Positions 49,501 to 56,600 of a DNA stretch of 64,000 nucleotides are shown here, piece after piece; positions within the stretch are counted from its first letter, which is position 1, and each line of letters begins with the position of its first letter. The notes under the pieces were generated by a model that was not told the DNA's origin, made no database searches, and saw only the letters and a list, made by a program, of their open reading frames with translations. The stretch is from a virus, in the UHGV virus genome UHGV-1363143. One strand, written 5' to 3'. A program made the translations under genes and the position numbers.

Positions 49501-49810
49501 GACTATCGAAAATGAAGGAATGCTTTTAAGTGATTTTGGAATATATGAATCTCAAAGCAATGAGCCATCGGCAATAATGGCTCCAACAGTTGGAAGATTT
49601 GATAGTGCAAATACTAGCGGTCTTGGATTACAAGCTAGACTTCAAGGTGCATTAAATGGAGCAGGATTAATGGGAGTTAAAGTTAGTGTAAGTCCAACAT
49701 CGGCTAACGGGATAGAAGTAATGGCGAACATAACAAACGCTGCAAAAATTACAGAATATAAAGTTAGGGAAGGCATAAATAAAGTAGTCGGAACAAGATT
49801 GTTTTATTAA
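43574..49810 (+). CDS. tape-measure-like giant protein (2078 aa)
   Basis: Position after the chaperone-position genes; long K/E-rich helical regions; Gly/Ala-rich hydrophobic segments near aa 1590-1730 typical of tape-measure TM regions. Confidence 0.5.
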   Translation: MSRLNDEDQHSFGKATAVLTGMVGAAAFHRLGGAKAIAKGVPKLTRFASKLMDDVAEMKLKDYDAEGISRLYKSHIADDNSTWKSLKNLSDEKIKLGVTGQKPVAVILNMLEIQANSRDTMRKVFNANYADEVVGKLDKKYKIIDDEFKDKLDDLTRHVIEKDDLTLFTDKDGVVTRNSDLIKDFIDPDEFHLGEQEDEFFKDLIGAIENKENAFKEYVENHKDEDGTLDLVNNIKEQLTGKSFAEAFGVSGDESIIDNTIKQSRGLTFRDYVDNLDKFDDQIMNLGGDNYISLKDEIKKFVEENEEIKDVLIDAKNLKIDKSGNIIDFQEVDELRKGFLEKLAGTLPGKLAKVTDFLSVEEAGAINFFQKGKANPLANNDGTNKGKDNIIQILNKYYKIDKNNNLSHMSELDDMYSRSNKHGTVPRMLGKMFGTESEYEAINKIAKKLDIGTTTERTILDDLSKEGGIVGKYARSVTGVERYNVIDKMLDASLAESDAIAYRKNLKNVNQIFSHIAKAPNMKTLAKMENVVTNDMSKDILQALMTNDQEEMVSTLSKYTKQLRNKDLKSLIKTGASNRENAARMLSIKSDRITDAKNIMKYKDMIKREAFKEVLISETIDEVSGSVNHNRMLIKLRQAGISGSSYENAKNLGHWATLQMKGKLFNNDAKEKGLEAIKEANNDVLELLTSIRKKDTIPVNAEYVKDFRSTVDKIRDNYSELTTRTTERNIKAKKIRAQATNDMMIMRKAYTPSSYVKDMIKDMNDITKMKANTKKFGMQFIAGKDNPEFVTSYTMIPYFFSQRLTEPFANYGLSFSSKNMKSTPDMWKAIMMKRVLPAAAGITAFNYLNYEAKNLTGTSITGAMAQGIANVDLGLRKIADITGAGKLLEAERRLNPISQYWLGEDYQNSAERKDYYENGYDEVRKGRWWAFGSASEFRGSKIAYYQPNFVKRANSDWKDIGIYGSSKEKWKHSWIPTPRHPFAPIRRALDPYWLERKNYNDRPYLETAPLFSTGTPWGAVLNPTVGQIVKPIRKMHRDETRRGLVDPRTLIRERNERLKAKAQDKQHGNLIQISKDGISNVSYTPSALADPDKAMITLRAGNGKIQSVDYNGLDYTEGIGHISEGGIPVDNPAGNNGAFYVGRNASAEPKTGLIEAFETTALGSFISNGVRKFISPVETLRVTNEGIKGKAAATDGTVIQQANLAKMPFRQATQRMTTKQEEADLLLTTSKHDFINDTLFSAKQLSGIYGFLGGLIYSDDKKKVRPESAEKMSSFKRSFWDANVGGLGGGIMEISRRFFPHDDHAWTDINPIRNTMPEWMPTRFQTGDPYTKVPKGEMRLPGKGYESIHKLRSDEYGRYGALDRMRILGDIAPWSEEYKLWRDIASKSITDEKGKREIQDIKKRVEKQSRSHEFYNYKFLGNPTEINTETIESVEGTKITTTSGKQYSMAGIKLGKNTDINSHLAAGMKVQVEHLKKDKGIDGSISAAVYVNGENINQKLVNSGEAKSDTSTAMGAKALTGQFSQFYGAAMEAIAHAPIPFVHNKVMKIDTPLESYKNERVYGTPYSTWDHPIKGFIMPSFQKDWARGPVGQGIALGAWVLAEQTWKNSSKTSEALKRIGINLSETGVNRLASTIFNVANPGAFAGSMMAAIPTGLMGNSEGIKGLFSSAIFGAGVKPGVGRNGARLGATAMIAGYGLTRSDKPIESTAIFTVAGMALSKQLNHKAFNTKQGAIAGATTGLLISAIRNPRFNKDKMFGKYTPESTKKRWDIDEYYDRLEYIKYKGLYEKAARKARIWEGTNIKKIINANEYQRGINKKKIEKLNNRLDKVSNSKLEDNRKAEIIEKINQQKYRLSTSEQTFRAGKYTKAAIAYKQAAESTIYGLKEDATSQQVMRAIPKGDKDFFMEFAKEKNKKKQDEILKYVSPYQRRALQIAWGRKKIDKVEDNDDYFKGHFMPGVFWAGWSPQVDMEHVKMKTIENEGMLLSDFGIYESQSNEPSAIMAPTVGRFDSANTSGLGLQARLQGALNGAGLMGVKVSVSPTSANGIEVMANITNAAKITEYKVREGINKVVGTRLFY

Positions 49811-49830
49811 AAAATGGAAGGAGCATATGA

Positions 49831-50232
49831 ATGGATAACATAATAACAAATGCATTTGAATTTGGATTGCCAGGATTTATGCTCCTTATTGTTCTGTTAA
49901 TTGTAATATTCTTTGTTGCTAAAATGTCAAATGTATTCATTAAAATGCCAGAGAAATTTGACGTTCTTACAGAGAGAATAGCAGATAGCAATAAGGAGTT
50001 AAGCAATCAGCTAATAAAAACATCAGTAATTCAAGAGAATATTCTTTCAATAATGAAAGAAACAATGGTATCAGTAAATAATAACACTACGAGAATGGCT
50101 GTTCTAGAAAATAAGATAGAAAATAACTATCAAAAAATTGATGAAGTTGCATTAAGAAGTGAGGATACTATAGATAAACTTGAAAATATAAACTTGAAAC
50201 TTGAGACAGTTTTAGTAAGCTTACAAAACTAG
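49831..50232 (+). CDS. small membrane protein (N-terminal TM helix + coiled coil)
   Basis: LPGFMLLIVLLIVIFFVAKM hydrophobic helix, then heptad-like C-terminus. Confidence 0.45.
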   Translation: MDNIITNAFEFGLPGFMLLIVLLIVIFFVAKMSNVFIKMPEKFDVLTERIADSNKELSNQLIKTSVIQENILSIMKETMVSVNNNTTRMAVLENKIENNYQKIDEVALRSEDTIDKLENINLKLETVLVSLQN

Positions 50233-50314
50233 ATAGAAAAAGTTGTCCTCTATTAGTAGTTATAATGGATTTCATAACATAATATATATTAGATTATAAC
50301 TTAGGAGTGATATT

Positions 50315-50554
50315 ATGATTAGTTATGAAAACATAATGTTAGAAAAAGAACAAGAATTTGAACAACTTACTGCTCATGCAAAAGAAAAAGAAAATATTCA
50401 CAATGAAGAGATGGCTCAAATTCAAGAAGAATTATTAAGAATTCAAGGCGAGTATAGAATGCTTGCTAAATTAAAGGAGCAATCTGAAGCAGCAGAAACT
50501 GAAGCAGTAGAAAATACTGATACAGAAGATGCGAAAATTATAGAAGCAGAATAA
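50315..50554 (+). CDS. small acidic coiled-coil protein
   Basis: 79-aa ORF. Confidence 0.35.
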   Translation: MISYENIMLEKEQEFEQLTAHAKEKENIHNEEMAQIQEELLRIQGEYRMLAKLKEQSEAAETEAVENTDTEDAKIIEAE

Positions 50555-50569
50555 TATTAAAAACTTTCA

Positions 50570-50597
50570 AGACTTAGCTTATGCTAGGTCTTTTTTC
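50570..50597 (+). terminator. rho-independent terminator
   Basis: AGACTTAGC-TTAT-GCTAGGTCT 9-bp stem (one G:U pair) followed by T6. Confidence 0.6.
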
Positions 50598-50647
50598 ATA
50601 TTAAATAACAGAGAATAAACAGTAATTAAGTAATGAGGTGATGGAAA

Positions 50648-53600
50648 GTGAGATCTCGTATTAATGTATTTGAGCACAATAAAAAAATTGAAAATAGAAT
50701 AAAATCAAGAGAAGCCATAGTCAAAGAAGAGTTCGGTGGCAAAAGCGGAGAGGCTTTAGTTGAAGAAGTTAATAAGAGAATGGCTATGGCATATATAATG
50801 GACAATGATTTTAAAAAGAAATATATAGAGTTCGGAAAAGACTCTGTTATATTAGGATCAAAATATGTAGATGACGCTGTTAATAAATATGCTCCTATAA
50901 ATGGCATTAAACAAACTTATGATGATATAAGACCTATGTTTAATTTTGTTAACAATATAAGCAATCATCTTAAATCAAAACAGACAGGTAATGAGCTTAT
51001 ACTTAATGCTATAGAATTAAACAATGGAATGAACTACAGTAAGATTTCCACTAAAGCAAATATGTCAGTAACTTCATTAAATAAGGCATATGATAATTTT
51101 AAAAAATCTGAAGAGTTCTTTGTATTTGACACTGAAACATTATCAGGTATGGGCAAAACAGGATATAACGAACTAGATAGATTACAAGAAATAGCATTCC
51201 GTAAGTTTAAAAAGGTTGATGGAAAGCTAGTAGAAGATGAAGCTTCAAGGGTGGAAACACTTATAGGAATAACTCAAAAGCAATACGATGAATATATGGA
51301 TATCTTCGTAAATAACTTTAATGAAAATGGATGGCAAGGAAATCAAAAGTACGAAGTAATCGCAGGAAGATTTGCAAAGCTTGGACATAAAGATACTGTT
51401 ATTAAAAATGCTGGTAAAGGATTAGCTATAACAGAAAGTTTTGCTAGTGATGCTAGTGAGAACTTAATGGATGTAAGCAATATTAAACGAGGGCTTGAAA
51501 GAGCTCTAGAAATAGGAAAAAGACAAGATGCTGAAAGACTATCTAATGGCTTAATGGTATGGGAAGATCAGTTATTAAGAAGTGTAAAAATATTTAATGA
51601 AAACTTTGTAGCTGGATTTAATAGTACAAACTTTGACTTTGAAAAGATGAATCAATCTATTGGTACTGTATGGAACAGTATGAATTCAACTCAAAAAGCA
51701 GAGTATAGCAAAATATTAAATCTTAAAAACGGAACAGTTCCTGTAATCAATCCTATTGAAGGAAATTATTTAGACTTTAGAGATGTTGTTAGAACTGCTG
51801 CTGAATCAATAGGTAAAACAGGCATCTATGGTAATGATAATGAAAAACTTAAAACAATTAAAGGTATAGGGAAGACATTATTACAACAAGAATCTCTTGG
51901 TGAAGTATTTGCTAAAGATGCAATGTTCACAGCAGCTCATACAGCAGGTGCCGACGTTACAACGTTAGCTCACCTTATGGGAGGCAAGGAATTAAACGGA
52001 GCTTCTTTATTTGATGAATTAATGACTACAATAAATAAGAATGCTTCAGCCTTAACAGGAAAAGTAGATTACAATTCTGTATTAATGGCCACTCAAGGAG
52101 AGTTTTTCAATGACTTTACTAGAAAGGGTGCTCTTAACTTTACAACAGATAGATCTAGTGGTGCGATAAGGACGTTCAATGGAATGTCACTAGATGCAAA
52201 TGGAGATGTTAGAGATTTAGGTAAATTCGGTAAAGCGACAGGATTAAAGAAAAATGTAGCTTATAAGATTGGATTTATGGGCGAAATGGATATGTCTGAA
52301 GACTGGATTAAAAAGATGTCAGGTATACACCAAGACTACGCACAAGGAAAGTTGTGGGTTGCGAAATTTAATCCATTAATAGATAAAACAATAGCTGGAG
52401 ATAATTCTATTTTAGAAGATCCTACTACATATTTCTTTACTTCTAAAGAAGCAATGGAGGGATTTGTATCAAGCCATTTTGCACATGTAGGTAATATAGG
52501 CACTGATGGTAAAATAGAAGATTTAGCTGATCCTGCAGCTAGAGCTGAGGTTCAAAAGCTATTTGGAGTTCATACAATCAAAGATGGAAAAGTTAGTGAA
52601 GCCGCAACACAAACAGCTAGTGAATTAGTATCCAATGGAACTATACAAGCAATGAATGATCCAGCTGCTAGAATGATAAGAGAAAATGAATACACAAAAG
52701 CTATAAAGTTTCAGAGAATGCAAGATTACCTAAAAAAGAATGGTGCTACAACTATTGATGAACAAAAGAAGATGTTATCTTTAGCAACTGCAGAGAATGT
52801 TGCTGGAGGAAAAACATTAAAGATTAAACATGATGTTTTATCAATATTAGGATTCCAAGATAAAGAGGTTAATAAGCAAGTCCTATATTCAAGTACTTTA
52901 AATAATACTATTAATAGTTATGGATATATGGCTTCAAAAAGAAATGTTATAGATTCTCTTGTTGAAGCTGTTAAGGAATATGGAAATATAGGCTCAGAAC
53001 AGCAACAGTTTATATATGATTCATTAATGAGAGGGTTAAGAGAAGATGCAGCTAATGCTATAGCTTCAGGAGATTTAGAGAAAGAAGCACTAATCAATGG
53101 TTCAAGTGAACTAAAGGTATATGCAAAGGACCTAGATTATTTTGAATTTGATATGCCAGAGGGCTACTTTAAAAACACTAATGCAAAAGCTATGCCTGGA
53201 GAAATAGATAATGTACTAAGGGTTAATCTTAAGTCAGAAAAAGAATATTCTCTAGTCAATGATTTATTAAGAAGACGTAGAGGAAATGATGATAGGCTTA
53301 AATCTCCTAATGCAAGACAAGCATATGGAATGCAAGAACTTAGAAATTTTGCTAATACAGTAAACTCATTAGAAGAGTATAAAGGAATATTTGATGATAT
53401 CTTATATGGCAAGCCAGTTAATGAACTTAAGAATTTAGCTAATTTAAAGAAGTATGAAAAGAGTTTATTAAAAGATGAATTGTATTCTTCATTTGATAAT
53501 GTAGTTAATAATATAGTTAACAATAATGAAGAAGTTATTGAATCAAGAGCTTCTTTAGAACAACTTAGAAAAAGAAGGATAGAACTTCAAAACTTTATAA

Positions 53601-56600
53601 ATGAAAATAACGGAAAAAGAAATTCATTAAGACCTGAACTTGAAGTTCTAAGTAATGAATTTAAAAATACTATATTACCAGATGATCAGTGGCAATCATT
53701 ACTTCCAGATGATAAGAGAATAATTAAAGAAAAGCAAAAAGACATAATGCTTAAACAGAAGGAATTACTTTCAACATTTGATAATAGTGATTTATTTACT
53801 GAACTTAGTGAAATTGAAAGTAACATGGAAGAACAATACAACCATCTATTTAATGTATTGGATATCTCAAGATCAAATGCAAAAACTTCTTTAAAAGAAA
53901 TGTTTTCAACAAAAATTAATAATAAAAATAAAGAGATTGATGAAGTATTCAATAAGTTAAATGAAGTTATCTCTACTGTTCCAATTGAAGCTGATATAAG
54001 TGTTGATGCTATGTCAGAAAAGCTTATTCAAGCAATGAAAAACTTTAGAGAAAATAATCCTTCTTCAGGTTTTTCAAAAGACAGAGTAATACAAAATGTC
54101 TTAGATAGTGATGAATTACTATCAACACTTGATGATGATTTTGTAAAGAAGTCTATTGAAAATACTAAGAGCAATTTGCCTAATCTAAAGCTTATTGATG
54201 TAAACAATAAAAATGAAGTTAAGTCATATGCAGAAGAGATCGTAGATAGCATATTAATGCCTACAGTAAAGGACTCGGATGGAAATTTACTTAAGAATAT
54301 AGATGATATAGCAACATTCGCTCAAAAAACATATGGCTACAATGAAACTACAACTAAGCTATTTAAATATAATCTTCAAATGCAAAGAGAAGAACATGTC
54401 AAAGGTATCTCTGATCTTGTAACAGCAGTTGGAAGAAAAAATGGATTTATAACTTATGATAAGTCAACCTCTGAATTGGGAATGAGAATAGGTGGCGAAA
54501 CATATAACCTATGGGGTATGCCTAAGACTAGAATTGAAAATGGTACTTTATTTATTGCGAATGGACAAGGCAATTTTGCTTCAGGATTTAAACTGGATGT
54601 TCAAGATGCAATAGATGGTAAGAGACTTAATCGAGGCAAGGTTGCAATAAAATCTGATTTAGCAGATTCATACAAGGAATTAAGATCCCTTAATTATAGG
54701 TTAGATAGAGCTGCTGCTAGAGGAGATGATTTAGGTAAAACTGTTATTGGTGCAGTTAGCAACGTAGCAAGTAAAGTAAGAGAATTATCTGCTTTAGGTT
54801 CAATGACAACTAAAGATTCATATGCATGGCAAGGAATGGATTTAAGCGAAGGTATTTTGTCAATGCCATACATGTTGGATGAGATTAAATCATATGACGG
54901 TTGGCAAGACGACGATTTTATAAAAATCTTAGAAAGAAATAAGAATAGGATACTTAATGGGAATATAACTTCAGAAGTTCAAGAAGCATATGCTAAAAAT
55001 AAACAAGATGTAGTAAAAATGCTTTTAGGTATTGGTGCAGGAAATGAAAATAAGCAAAGAACTGTTCAAGAGTTTATTGCAGGTAATATAAGCAATTATA
55101 CTAAGGATGGGAAACTAGCTGTAGGTAGAGCAATGGTAGGAGAATATTCTCCAATGGCTATGACAGAATGGGACAATCCATCACGTCCACCAATAAGTTC
55201 TGCTGATGAAATTTTGTTCAACAAAAAGAAATTAGATGATATAATCAATGATCCTACAAAAGGATTGAAAGGTAGAATAGAAACTGGCTCTAGAATAGTT
55301 TCTACTAGACAAGGTGCTGGAAGAAAATTTGATGGAATAGGCGAAGTGGCAACTGGAGTTACATTTAAAAATGCTAATATTTCAGAAAAGAAATTCAAGG
55401 AAATTATAAGTGATAAGTTCGAAGAAGAACTAGAAAAAGTAAATCCTAACTCTAGTAGAGCGGAATGGCTAGAATCACTTAGAAGACAAATGAGCGGACT
55501 TAACTTGACTGAACAAGGTAAGCTTATTGATGGTAGAGTTGCAGATGCTTTATTATCTGAAACAGAAACGCAAAGAATTAATACATTTAAGAATTTTAGT
55601 AGAGACATGAAAAACAATACTAAAATTATGAACGATAGAATAAAAAAGGCAATGCCTACTATAGAGATTGCTCAGTCAGGAGAAATTGTATTCAAGCTTG
55701 GTAAGAAGGATTACGTAAAACGTGGCGACGCATTATTTGCTATAGATGGATATGGAGATGTTCTTGATACTATAGGAGTAAAAGAAGACGCTGGATTATT
55801 TGGGTTTGGATATAATTCTAAGGGAAGTAATCTTGCAGTTGGAGAAGATGAAATATCTAAACTTCTTAACAAGAATAAGAATAGAATACTAAATGCAGAT
55901 GGAACAATAAATCAAGATAAGGCTATGCGATTATTAAATGAATCTTTTGATAGTGGATTCTATGTAAAGAATGCGTTTGTAAAAGGATACAATAAGGGTA
56001 CAATCGAGTATGCTGAAAAAGGTATGTACGATGCATTGGTATCTGGAGCAGGTACTTTAGATAACAGAGTTGATAAGTTACTTGAAGCTGTCGGTATGAA
56101 AGAAGCTAGTGGTAAGGTTTTAAGTGAAGATTTTATAGATTTAATAGCTGAAAAATATTCTGGATTGACCGCAAAACAAAGAAGTGATTTAGGCTTTGCA
56201 GGTGGTTGGAACCAAGTTAAAAATGCTATTAATAAAGAAAAGTTTGCTAAAACTGACTTCATTAGAGAGATAGATGCATTTAAAGATATAGTTGCATTTA
56301 CTAATGACAATGTAATTAAACATGGTAATGCAGGTATCGCAATGAAAGGACTTATTAATAACATTACTGAAAAGTATATGATTGATGATAAGTTATCATT
56401 TGAAGAAGCTTCCAAGAAAACTGTTGATATACTAAACAAGGAAATTATTATAGATAAAAGTACTGGTGAAAAAGGCAAAATATTTAATGGAGTAGATATT
56501 TCTTTTAAAGACGGTAAGATTCATATTGGTGAAATAAAAGATACACTGAATGCAACTATAGACAAATACGCAGTACAAGCTTTAACTGATGAACTAGGGT

